Below are positions 28,201 through 41,700 of a stretch of 64,000 nucleotides of DNA, in pieces. A program made the translations under genes and the position numbers. Numbering within the stretch: the first letter of the stretch is position 1; each line of letters starts with the position of its first letter. The notes below the pieces were generated by a model. That model saw only the letters and a program-made list of their open reading frames with translations, did not search any database and had not been told where the DNA came from. Origin of the DNA: Eledone cirrhosa (taxonomy: Eukaryota); assembly GCA_964016885.1 (NCBI GenBank), contig OZ024748.1:37510001-37574000 (forward strand), given 5' to 3'.

Positions 28201-31100
28201 TATGACAATGTCAGTGTCAGTGTTAACTACCTCTAGATCTAGTATGACAATGTCAGTGTCAGTGTTAACTACCACAAGATCTAGTGTGACAATGTTAGTG
28301 TCAGTGTTAACTACCTCTAGATATAGTATGACAATGTCAGTGTCAGTGTTAACTACCTCTAGATCTAGTATGACAATGTTAGTGTCAGTGTTAACTACCT
28401 CTAGATCTAGTGTGACAATGTCAGTGTCAGTGTTAACTACCACTAGATCTAGTGTGACAATGTCAGTGTCAGGTTTAACTACCTCAAGATCCAGTGTGAC
28501 AATGTTAGTGACAGTGTTAACTACCTCTAGATCTAGTATGACAATGTTAGTGTCAGTGTTAACTACCACTAGATCTAGTATGACAATGTTAGTGTCAGTG
28601 TTAACTACCTCTAGATCTAGTATGACAATGTTAGTGTCATTGTTAACTATCTCTAGATCTAGTGTGACAATATCAGTGTCAGGGTTAACTACCTCAAGAT
28701 CTAGTGTGACAAAGTTAGTGTCAGTGTTAACAACCTCAAGATCTAGTATGACAATGTTAGTGTCAGTGTTAACTACCTCTAGATCTAGTATGACAATGTC
28801 AGTGTCAGGGTTAACTACCTCAAGATCTAGTATGACAATGTCAGTGTCAGTGTTAACTACCTCTAGATCTAGTGAGACGATGTTAGTGTCAGTGTTAACT
28901 ACCTGTAGATCTAGTATGACAATGTCAGTGTCAGGGTTAACTACCTCTAGATCTACTATGACAATGTTAGTGTTAGTGTTAACTACCACTAGATCTAGTG
29001 TGACAATGTTAGTGTCAGTGTTAACTACCTCTAGATCTAGTGTGACAATGTTAGTGTCAGTGTTAACTACCACTAGATCTAGTATGACAATGTCAGTGTC
29101 AGTGTTAACTACCTCTAGATCTACTATGACAATGTTAGTGTCAGTGTTAACTACCACTAGATCTAGTGTGACAATGTCAGTGTCAGTGTTAACTACCTCA
29201 AGATCTAGTGTGACAATGTTAGTGTCAGTGTTAACTACCTCTAGATCTAGTGTGACAATGTTAGTGTCAGTGTTAACTACCACTAGATCTAGTATGACAA
29301 TGTCACTGTCAGTGTTAACTACCTCTAGATCTAGTATGACAATGTTAGTGTCAGTGTTAACTACCACTAGATCTAGTGTGACAATGTCAGTGTCAGTGTT
29401 AACTACCTCAAGATCTAGTATGACAATGTCAGTGTCAGTGTTACCTACCTCTACATCTAGTGTGACAATGTTAGTGTCAGTGTTAACTACCTCTAGATCT
29501 AGTGTGACAATGTCAGTGTCAGTGTTATCTACCTCAAGATCTAGTATGACAATGTCAGTGTCAGTGTTACCTACCTCTAGATCTAGTGTGACAATGTTAG
29601 TGTCAGTGTTAACTACCTCTAGATCTAGTGTGACAATGTTAGTGTCAGTGTTAACTACCTCTAGATATAGTATGACAATGTCAGTGTCAGTGTTAACTAC
29701 CTCTAGATCTAGTATGACAATGTTAGTGTCAGTGTTAACTACCTCTAGATATAGTATGACAATGTCAGTGTCACTGTTAACTACCTCTAGATCTAGTATG
29801 ACAATGTTCGTGTCAGTGTTAACTACCTCTAGATATAGTATGACAATGTCAGTGTCAGTGTTAACTACCACTAGATCTAGTGTGACAATGTCAGTGTCAG
29901 TGTTAACTACCTCAAGATCTAGTGTGACAATGTTAGTGTCAGTGTTAACTACCTCTAGATCTAGTATGACAATGTTAGTGTCAGTGTTAACTACCACTAG
30001 ATCTAGTATGACAATGTCAGTGTCAGTGTTAACTACCTCAAGATCTAGTGTGACAATGTTAGTGTCAGTGTTAACTACCACTAGATCTAGTATGACAATG
30101 TCAGTGTCAGTGTTAACTACCTCTAGATCTAGTATGATAATGTTAGTGTCAGTGTTAACTACCTCTAGATCTAGTGTGACAATGTCAGTGTCAGTGTTAA
30201 CTACCTCAAGATCTAGTGTGACAATGTTAGTGTCAGTGTTAACTACCTCTAGATCTAGTGTGACAATGTTAGTGTCAGTGTTAACTACCTCTAGATATAG
30301 TATGACAATGTCAGTGTCAGTGTTAACTACCTCTAGATATAGTATGACAATGTCAGTGTCAGTGTTAACTACCACAAGATCTAGTGTGACAATGTTAGTG
30401 TCAGTGTTAACTACCTCTAGATCTAGTATGACAATGTCAGTGTCAGTGTTAACTACCTCTAGATCTAGTATGACAATGTCAGTGTCAGTGTTAACTACCT
30501 CTAGATCTAGTATGACAATGTTAGTGTCAGTGTTAACTACCTCTAGATCTAGTGTGACAATGTTAGTGTCAGTGTTAACTACCTCTAGATATAGTATGAC
30601 AATGTCAGTGTCAGTGTTAACTACCTCTAGATCTAGTATGACAATGTCAGTGTCAGTGTTAACTACCACAAGATCTAGTGTGACAATGTTAGTGTCAGTG
30701 TTAACTACCTCTAGATATAGTATGACAATGTCAGTGTCAGTGTTAACTACCTCTAGATCTAGTATGACAATGTTAGTGTCAGTGTTAACTACCTCTAGAT
30801 CTAGTGTGAAAATGTTAGTGTCAGTGTTAACTACCACTAGATCTAGTATGACAATGTTAGTGTCAGTGTTAACTACCTCTAGATCTAGTATGACAATGTC
30901 AGTGTCAATGCTAACTACCTCTAGATCTAGTATGACAATTTTACTGTCAGTGTTAACTACCTCTAGATCTAGTATGACAATGTCAGTGTCAGGTTTAACT
31001 ACCACTAGATCTAGTATGACAATTTTTCTGTCAGTGTTAACTACCTCTAGATCTAGTTTGACAATGTTAGTGTCAGTGTTAACTACCACTAGATCTAGTA
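14050..31100. repeat. ~6.1-6.5 kb higher-order unit (two full copies and a partial third) containing a nested 1680-bp duplication
   Basis: agatcc marker at 15892/22024/28492 (146 and 154 monomers apart). Private tagttctac variant at 16351 and 22483 (offset 6132). 16681.. matches 18361.. and 22801.. matches 24481.. (offset 1680 = 40 monomers). Boundaries are approximate. Confidence 0.8.
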
Positions 31101-32760
31101 TGACAATGTTAGTGTCAGTGTTAACTACCTCTAGATCTACTATGACAATGTTAGTGTCAGAGTTAACTACCACTAGATCTAGTATGACAATGTCAGTGTC
31201 AGGGTTAACTACCTCAAGATCTAGTGTGACAATGTTAGTGTCAGTGTTAACTACCTCTAGTTATAGTATGACAATGTTAGTGTCAGCGTTAACTACCTGT
31301 AGATCTTGTATGACAATATCAGTGTCAGTGTTAACTACCTCACGATCTAGTATGACAATGTTAGTGTCAGTGTTATCTACCTCTAGATCTAGTATGACAA
31401 TGTCAGTGTCAGTGTTAACTACCTCTCGATCTAGTATGACAATGTTAGTGTCAGTGTTATCTACCTCTAGATCTTGTATGACAATGTCAGTGTCAGTGTT
31501 AACTACCTCTAGATCTAGTGAGACGATGTTAGTGTCAGTGTTAACTACCTGTAGATCTAGAATGACAATGTCAGTGTTAGGGTTAACTACCTCTAGATCT
31601 ACTATGACAATGTTAGTGTCAGTGTTAACTACCACTAGATATAGTGTGACAATGTTAGTGTCAGTGTTAACTACCACTAGATCTAGTATGACAATGTCAG
31701 TGTCAGTGTTAACTACCTCTAGATCTAGTGTGACAATGTTAGTGTCAGTGTTAACTACCACTAGATCTATTATGACAATGTCAGTGTCAGTGTTAACTAC
31801 CTCTAGATCTAGTATGACAATGTTAGTGTCAGTGTTAACTACCTCTAGATCTAGTGTGACAATGTCAGTGTCAGTGTTAACTACCTCAAGATCTAGTGTG
31901 ACAATGTTAGTGTCAGTGTTAACTACCTCTAGATCTAGTGTGACAATGTTAGTGTCAGTGTTAACTACCTCTAGATCTAGTATGACAATGTTAGTGTCAT
32001 TGTTAACTACCTCTAGATCTAGTGTGACAATGTTAGTGTCAGTGTTAACTACCTCTAGATCTAGTATGACAATGTCAGTGTCAGTGTTAACTACCTCTAG
32101 ATCTAGTATGACAATGTCAGTGTCAGTGTTAACTACCTCTAGATCTAGTATGACAATGTTAGTGTCAGTGTTAACTACCTCTAGATCTAGTGTGACAATG
32201 TTAATGTCAGTGTTAACTACCTCTAGATCTAGTATGACAATGTTAGTGTCAGTGTTAACTACCACTAGATGTAGTATGACAATGTTAGTGTCAGTGTTAA
32301 CTACCTCTAGATCTAGTATGGCAATGTTAGTGTCAGTGTTAACTACCTCTAGATCTAGTATGACAATGTTAGTGTCAGTGTTAACTACCTCTAGATCTAG
32401 TATGACAATGTCAGTGTCAGTGTTAACTACCACTAGATCTAGTGTGACAATGTCAGTGTCAGGTTTAACTACCTCAAGATCTAGTGTGACAATGTTAGTG
32501 TCAGTGTTAACTACCTCTAGATCTAGTATGACAATGTCAGTGTCAGTGTTAACTACCACTAGATCTAGTGTGACAATGTCAGTGTCAGGTTTAACTACCT
32601 CAAGATCTAGTGTGACAATGTTAGTGTCAGTGTTAACTACCTCTAGATCTAGTATGACAATGTTAGTGTCAGTGTTAACTACCACTAGATCTAGTATGAC
32701 AATGTTAGTGTCAGTGTTAACTACCTCTAGATCTAGTATGACAATGTCAGTGTCAGTGTT

Positions 32761-35700
32761 AACTACCACTAGATCTAGTATGACAATGTCATAGTTAACT
32801 ACCTCTAGATCTAGTATGCCAATGTCAGTGTCAGTGTTAACTACCTCTAGATCTAGTATGACAATGTTAGTGTCAGTGTTAACTACCTCTAGATCTAGTA
32901 TGACAATGTCAGTGTCAGTGTTAACTACCACTAGATCTAGTGTGACAATGTCAGTGTCAGGTTTAACTACCTCAAGATCTAGTGTGACAATGTTAGTGTC
33001 AGTGTTAACTACCTCTAGATCTAGTATGACAATGTCAGTGTCAGTGTTAACTACCACTAGATCTAGTGTGACAATGTCAGTGTCAGGTTTAACTACCTCA
33101 AGATCTAGTGTGACAATGTTAGTGTCAGTGTTAACTACCTCTAGATCTAGTATGACAATGTTAGTGTCAGTGTTAACTACCACTAGATCTAGTATGACAA
33201 TGTTAGTGTCAGTGTTAACTACCTCTAGATCTAGTATGACAATGTTAGTGTCAGTGTTAACTACCTCAAGATCTAGTGTGACAATGTTAGTGTCAGTGTT
33301 AACTACCTCTAGATCTAGTATGACAATGTCAGTGTCAGTGTTAACTACCACTAGATCTAGTGTGACAATGTTAGTGTCAGTGTTAACTACCTCTAGATCT
33401 AGTATGACAATGTTAGTGTCATTGTTAACTACCTCTAGATCTAGTGTGACAATGTTAGTGTCAGTGTTAACTACCTCTAGGTCTAGTATGACAATGTCAG
33501 TGTCAGTGTTAACTACCTCTAGATCTAGTATGACAATGTCAGTGTCAGTGTTAACTACCTCTAGATCTAGTATGACAATGTTAGTGTCAGTGTTAACTAC
33601 CTCTAGATCTAGTGTGACAATGTTAATGTCAGTGTTAACTACCTCTAGATCTAGTATGACAATGTTAGTGTCAGTGTTAACTACCACTAGATCTAGTATG
33701 ACAATGTTAGTGTCAGTGTTAACTACCTCTAGATCTAGTATGGCAATGTCAGTGTCAGTGTTAACTACCTCTAGATCTAGTATGACAATGTTAGTGTCAG
33801 TGTTAACTACCTCTAGATCTAGTATGACAATGTCAGTGTCAGTGTTAACTACCACTAGATCTAGTGTGACAATGTCAGTGTCAGGTTTAACTACCTCAAG
33901 ATCTAGTGTGACAATGTTAGTGTCAGTGTTAACTACCTCTAGATCTAGTATGACAATGTCAGTGTCAGTGTTAACTACCACTAGATCTAGTGTGACAATG
34001 TCAGTGTCAGGTTTAACTACCTCAAGATCTAGTGTGACAATGTTAGTGTCAGTGTTAACTACCTCTAGATCTAGTATGACAATGTCAGTGTCATTGTTAA
34101 CTATCTCTAGATCTAGTGTGACAATATCAGTGTCAGGGTTAACTACCTCAAGATCGAGTGTGACAATGTTAGTGTCAGTGTTAACAACCTCTAGATCTAG
34201 TATGACAATGTTAGTGTCAGTGTTAACTACCTCTAGATCTAGTATGACAATGTCAGTGTCAGGGTTAACTACCTCAAGATCTAGTATGACAATGTCAGTG
34301 TCAGTGTTAACTACCTCTAGATCTAGTGAGACGATGTTAGTGTCAGTGTTAACTACCTGTAGATCTAGTATGACAATGTCAGTGTCAGGGTTAACTACCT
34401 CTAGATCTACTATGACAATGTTAGTGTCAGTGTTAACTACCACTAGATCTAGTGTGACAATGTTAGTGTCAGTGTTAACTACCTCTAGATCTAGTGTGAC
34501 AATGTTAGTGTCAGTGTTAACTACCACTAGATCTAGTATGACAATGTCAGTGTCAGTGTTAACTACCTCTAGATCTAGTATGACAATGTTAGTGTCAGTG
34601 TTAACTACCACTAGATCTAGTGTTACAATGTCAGTGTCAGTGTTAACTACCTCAAGATCTAGTGTGACAATGTTAGTGTCAGTGTTAACTACCTCTAGAT
34701 CTAGTGTGACAATGTTAGTGTCAGTGTTAACTACCACTAGATCTAGTATGACAATGTCACTGTCAGTGTTAACTACCTCTAGATCTAGTATGACAATGTT
34801 AGTGTCAGTGTTAACTACCACTAGATCTAGTGTGACAATGTCAGTGTCAGTGTTATCTACCTCAAGATCTAGTATGACAATGTCAGTGTCAGTGTTACCT
34901 ACCTCTAGATCTAGTGTGACAATGTTAGTGTCAGTGTTAACTACCTCTAGATCTAGTGTGACAATGTTAGTGTCAGTGTTAACTACCTCTAGATATAGTA
35001 TGACAATGTCAGTGTCAGTGTTAACTACCTCTAGATCTAGTATGCCAATGTTAGTGTCAGTGTTAACTACCTCAAGATCTAGTGTGACAATGTTAGTGTC
35101 AGTGTTAACTACTTCTAGATCTAGTGTGACAATGTTAGTGTCAGTGTTAACTACCACTAGATCTAGTATGACAATGTCAGTGTCAGTGTTAACTACCTCT
35201 AGATCTAGTGTGACAATGTTAGTGTCAGTGTTAACTACCACTAGATCTAGTATGACAATGTAAGTGTCAGTGTTAACTACCTCTAGATCTAGTATGACAA
35301 TGTTAGTGTCAGTGTTAACTACCTCTAGATCTAGTGTGACAATGTCAGTGTCAGTGTTAACTACCTCAAGATCTAGTGTGACAATGTTAGTGTCAGTGTT
35401 AACTACCTCTAGATCTAGTGTGACAATGTTAGTGTCAGTGTTAACTACCTCTAGATCTAGTATGACAATGTCAGTGTCAGTGTTAACTACCTCTAGATCT
35501 AGTATGACAATTTCAGTGTCAGTGTTAACTACCTCTAGATCTAGTATGTCAATGTCAGTGTCAGGGTTAACTACCTCTAGATCTAGTGTGACAATGTTAG
35601 TGTCAGTGTTAACTACCACAAGATCTAGTATGACAATGTTAGTGTCAGTGTTAACTACCTCTAGATCTAGTGTGACAATGTTAGTGTCAGTGTTAACTAC

Positions 35701-38700
35701 CTGTAGATCTAGTATGACAATGTCAGTGTCAGGGTTAACTACCTCTAGATCTACTATGACAATGTTAGTGTCAGTGTTAACTACCACTAGATCTAGTATG
35801 ACAATGTCAGTGTCAGGGTTAACTACCTCTAGATCTAGTATGACAATGTTAGTGTCAGTGTTAACTACCTCTAGATCTAGTATGACAATGTTAGTGTCAG
35901 TGTTAACTACCTCTAGATCTAGTATGACAATGTCAGTGTCAGGGTTAACTACCTCTAGATCTAGTATGACAATGTTAGTGTCAGTGTTAACTACCTCTAG
36001 ATCTAGTATGACAATGTTAGTGTCAGTGTTAAATACCACTAGATCTAGTATGACAATGTCAGTGTCAGGGTTAACTACCTCTAGATCTAGTATGACAATG
36101 TTAGTGTCAGTGTTAACTACCTCTAGATCTAGTATGACAATGTTAGTGTCAGTGTTAACTACCTCAAGATCTAGTATGACAATGTTCGTGTCAGTGTTAA
36201 CTACCTCTAGATATAGTATGACAATGTCAGTGTCAGGGTTAACTACCTCTAGATCTAGTATGACAATGTTAGTGTCAGTGTTAACTACCTCTAGATCTAG
36301 TATGACAATGTTAGTGTCAGTGTTAACTACCTCTAGATCTAGTATGACAATGTTCGTGTCAGTGTTAACTACCTCTAGATATAGTATGACAATGTCAGTG
36401 TCAGTGTTAACTACCACTAGATCTAGTGTGACAATGTCAGTGTCAGTGTTAACTACCACAAGATCTAGTGTGACAATGTTAGTGTCAGTGTTAACTACCT
36501 CTAGATCTAGTATGACAATGTTAGTGTCAGTGTTAACTACCACTAGATCTAGTGTGACAATGTCAGTGTCAGTGTTAACTACCTCAAGATCTAGTGTGAC
36601 AATGTTAGTGTCAGTGTTAACTACCTCTAGATCTAGTGTGACAATGTTAGTGTCAGTGTTAACTACCACTAGATCTAGTATGACAATGTCAGTGTCAGTG
36701 TTAACTACCTCTAGATCTAGTGTGACAATGTTAGTGTCAGTGTTAACTACCACTAGATCTAGTATGACAATGTCAGTGTCAGTGTTAACTACCTCTAGAT
36801 CTAGTATGACAATGTTAGTGTCAGTGTTAACTACCTCTAGATCTAGTGTGACAATGTCAGTGTCAGTGTTAACTACCTCAAGATCTAGTGTGACAATGTT
36901 AGTGTCAGTGTTAACTACCTCTAGATCTAGTGTGACAATGTTAGTGTCAGTGTTAACTACCTCTAGATCTAGTGTGACAATGTTAGTGTCAGTGTTAACT
37001 ACCACTAGATCTAGTATGACAATGTCATAGTTAACTACCTCTAGATCTAGTATGACAATGTCAGTGTCAGTGTTAACTACCTCTAGATCTAGTGTGACAA
37101 TGTTAGTGTCAGTGTTAACTACCTCTAGATCTAGTATGACAATGTTAGTGTCATTGTTAACTACCTCTAGATCTAGTGTGACAATGTTAGTGTCAGTGTT
37201 AACTACCTCTAGATCTAGTATGACAATGTCAGTGTCAGTGTTAACTACCTCTAGATCTAGTATGACAATGTCAGTGTCAGTGTTAACTACCTCTAGGTCT
37301 AGTATGACAATGTTAGTGTCAGTGTTAACTACCTCTAGATCTAGTGTGACAATGTTAATGTCAGTGTTAACTACCTCTAGATCTAGTATGACAATGTTAG
37401 TGTCAGTGTTAACTACCACTAGATCTAGTATGACAATGTTAGTGTCAGTGTTAACTACCTCTAGATCTAGTATGGCAATGTCAGTGTCAGTGTTAACTAC
37501 CTCTAGATCTAGTATGACAATGTTAGTGTCAGTGTTAACTACCTCTAGATCTAGTATGACAATGTCAGTGTCAGTGTTAACTACCACTAGATCTAGTGTG
37601 ACAATGTCAGTGTCAGGTTTAACTACCTCAAGATCTAGTGTGACAATGTTAGTGTCAGTGTTAACTACCTCTAGATCTAGTATGACAATGTCAGTGTCAG
37701 TGTTAACTACCACTAGATCTAGTGTGACAATGTCAGTGTCAGGTTTAACTACCTCAAGATCTAGTGTGACAATGTTAGTGTCAGTGTTAACTACCACTAG
37801 ATCTAGTATGATAATGTTAGTGTCAGTGTTAACTACCTCTAGATCTAGTATGACAATGTTAGTGTCAGTGTTAACTACCTCTAGATCTAGTATGACAATG
37901 TCAGTGTCATTGTTAACTATCTCTAGATCTAGTGTGACAATATCAGTGTCAGGGTTAACTACCTCAAGATCGAGTGTGACAATGTTAGTGTCAGTGTTAA
38001 CAACCTCTAGATCTAGTATGACAATGTTAGTGTCAGTGTTAACTACCTCTAGATCTAGTATGACAATGTCAGTGTCAGGGTTAACTACCTCAAGATCTAG
38101 TATGACAATGTCAGTGTCAGTGTTAACTACCTCTAGATCTAGTGAGACAATGTTAGTGTCAGTGTTAACTACCTGTAGATCTAGTATGACAATGTCAGTG
38201 TCAGGGTTAACTACCTCTAGATCTACTATGACAATGTTAGTGTCAGTGTTAACTACCACTAGATCTAGTGTGACAATGTTAGTGTCAGTGTTAACTACCT
38301 CTAGATCTAGTGTGACAATGTTAGTGTCAGTGTTAACTACCACTAGATCTAGTATGACAATGTCAGTGTCAGTGTTAACTACCTCTAGATCTAGTATGAC
38401 AATGTTAGTGTCAGTGTTAACTACCACTAGATCTAGTGTGACAATGTTAGTGTCAGTGTTAACTACCTCTAGATCTAGTATGACAATGTCAGTGTCAGTG
38501 TTAACTACCACTAGATCTAGTGTGACAATGTCAGTGTCAGGTTTAACTACCTCAAGATCTAGTGTGACAATGTTAGTGTCAGTGTTAACTACCTCTAGAT
38601 CTAGTATGACAATGTCAGTGTCATTGTTAACTATCTCTAGATCTAGTGTGACAATATCAGTGTCAGGGTTAACTACCTCAAGATCGAGTGTGACAATGTT

Positions 38701-41700
38701 AGTGTCAGTGTTAACAACCTCTAGATCTAGTATGACAATGTTAGTGTCAGTGTTAACTACCTCTAGATCTAGTATGACAATGTCAGTGTCAGGGTTAACT
38801 ACCTCAAGATCTAGTATGACAATGTCAGTGTCAGTGTTAACTACCTCTAGATCTAGTGAGACGATGTTAGTGTCAGTGTTAACTACCTGTAGATCTAGTA
38901 TGACAATGTCAGTGTCAGGGTTAACTACCTCTAGATCTACTATGACAATGTTAGTGTCAGTGTTAACTACCACTAGATCTAGTGTGACAATGTTAGTGTC
39001 AGTGTTAACTACCTCTAGATCTAGTGTGACAATGTTAGTGTCAGTGTTAACTACCACTAGATCTAGTATGACAATGTCAGTGTCAGTGTTAACTACCTCT
39101 AGATCTAGTATGACAATGTTAGTGTCAGTGTTAACTACCACTAGATCTAGTGTGACAATGTCAGTGTCAGTGTTAACTACCTCAAGATCTAGTGTGACAA
39201 TGTTAGTGTCAGTGTTAACTACCTCTAGATCTAGTGTGACAATGTTAGTGTCAGTGTTAACTACCACTAGATCTAGTATGACAATGTCACTGTCAGTGTT
39301 AACTACCTCTAGATCTAGTATGACAATGTTAGTGTCAGTGTTAACTACCACTAGATCTAGTGTGACAATGTCAGTGTCAGTGTTATCTACCTCAAGATCT
39401 AGTATGACAATGTCAGTGTCAGTGTTACCTACCTCTAGATCTAGTGTGACAATGTTAGTGTCAGTGTTAACTACCTCTAGATCTAGTGTGACAATGTTAG
39501 TGTCAGTGTTAACTACCTCTAGATATAGTATGACAATGTCAGTGTCAGTGTTAACTACCTCTAGATCTAGTATGCCAATGTTAGTGTCAGTGTTAACTAC
39601 CTCAAGATCTAGTGTGACAATGTTAGTGTCAGTGTTAACTACTTCTAGATCTAGTGTGACAATGTTAGTGTCAGTGTTAACTACCACTAGATCTAGTATG
39701 ACAATGTCAGTGTCAGTGTTAACTACCTCTAGATCTAGTGTGACAATGTTAGTGTCAGTGTTAACTACCACTAGATCTAGTATGACAATGTAAGTGTCAG
39801 TGTTAACTACCTCTAGATCTAGTATGACAATGTTAGTGTCAGTGTTAACTACCTCTAGATCTAGTGTGACAATGTCAGTGTCAGTGTTAACTACCTCAAG
39901 ATCTAGTGTGACAATGTTAGTGTCAGTGTTAACTACCTCTAGATCTAGTGTGACAATGTTAGTGTCAGTGTTAACTACCTCTAGATCTAGTATGACAATG
40001 TCAGTGTCAGTGTTAACTACCTCTAGATCTAGTATGACAATTTCAGTGTCAGTGTTAACTACCTCTAGATCTAGTATGTCAATGTCAGTGTCAGGGTTAA
40101 CTACCTCTAGATCTAGTGTGACAATGTTAGTGTCAGTGTTAACTACCACAAGATCTAGTATGACAATGTTAGTGTCAGTGTTAACTACCTCTAGATCTAG
40201 TGTGACAATGTTAGTGTCAGTGTTAACTACCTGTAGATCTAGTATGACAATGTCAGTGTCAGGGTTAACTACCTCTAGATCTACTATGACAATGTTAGTG
40301 TCAGTGTTAACTACCACTAGATCTAGTATGACAATGTCAGTGTCAGGGTTAACTACCTCTAGATCTAGTATGACAATGTTAGTGTCAGTGTTAACTACCT
40401 CTAGATCTAGTATGACAATGTTAGTGTCAGTGTTAACTACCTCTAGATCTAGTATGACAATGTCAGTGTCAGGGTTAACTACCTCTAGATCTAGTATGAC
40501 AATGTTAGTGTCAGTGTTAACTACCTCTAGATCTAGTATGACAATGTTAGTGTCAGTGTTAACTACCACTAGATCTAGTATGACAATGTCAGTGTCAGGG
40601 TTAACTACCTCTAGATCTAGTATGACAATGTTAGTGTCAGTGTTAACTACCTCTAGATCTAGTATGACAATGTTAGTGTCAGTGTTAACTACCTCAAGAT
40701 CTAGTATGACAATGTTCGTGTCAGTGTTAACTACCTCTAGATATAGTATGACAATGTCAGTGTCAGGGTTAACTACCTCTAGATCTAGTATGACAATGTT
40801 AGTGTCAGTGTTAACTACCTCTAGATCTAGTATGACAATGTTAGTGTCAGTGTTAACTACCTCTAGATCTAGTATGACAATGTTCGTGTCAGTGTTAACT
40901 ACCTCTAGATATAGTATGACAATGTCAGTGTCAGTGTTAACTACCACTAGATCTAGTGTGACAATGTCAGTGTCAGTGTTAACTACCACAAGATCTAGTG
41001 TGACAATGTTAGTGTCAGTGTTAACTACCTCTAGATCTAGTATGACAATGTTAGTGTCAGTGTTAACTACCACTAGATCTAGTGTGACAATGTCAGTGTC
41101 AGTGTTAACTACCTCAAGATCTAGTGTGACAATGTTAGTGTCAGTGTTAACTACCTCTAGATCTAGTGTGACAATGTTAGTGTCAGTGTTAACTACCACT
41201 AGATCTAGTATGACAATGTCAGTGTCAGTGTTAACTACCTCTAGATCTAGTGTGACAATGTTAGTGTCAGTGTTAACTACCACTAGATCTAGTATGACAA
41301 TGTCAGTGTCAGTGTTAACTACCTCTAGATCTAGTATGACAATGTTAGTGTCAGTGTTAACTACCTCTAGATCTAGTGTGACAATGTCAGTGTCAGTGTT
41401 AACTACCTCAAGATCTAGTGTGACAATGTTAGTGTCAGTGTTAACTACCTCTAGATCTAGTGTGACAATGTTAGTGTCAGTGTTAACTACCTCTAGATCT
41501 AGTGTGACAATGTTAGTGTCAGTGTTAACTACCACTAGATCTAGTATGACAATGTCATAGTTAACTACCTCTAGATCTAGTATGACAATGTCAGTGTCAG
41601 TGTTAACTACCTCTAGATCTAGTGTGACAATGTTAGTGTCAGTGTTAACTACCTCTAGATCTAGTATGACAATGTTAGTGTCATTGTTAACTACCTCTAG

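Larger units (their letters stand above)
1..32760. repeat. Left array layer: 780 monomers of 42 bp with no net indel
   Basis: Phase is conserved. Layer-specific variants include agatccag (226, 9172, 11566, 13834, 15892, 22024, 28492), ctacatct, aattttactg, aatttttctg, ctctcgatc, atcttgt, ctagaatg and gtgaaaatg; I did not see these in the right half. Confidence 0.9.
2204..32794 (+). other. Apparent giant repeat ORF (10196 aa of TTSRSSM/VTML/SVSVL); probably a repeat artefact
   Basis: From the ORF track. The same frame is broken by stops at 455, 893, 2177 and many times after 32792. Confidence refers to this being a real CDS. Confidence 0.04.

Noticed and set aside
31261-32794. Convergent overlapping giant gene pair
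   Set aside because: Both frames are open by default in the monomer, and the endpoints are single variants at a layer boundary. The minus frame also appears to resume after its stop.
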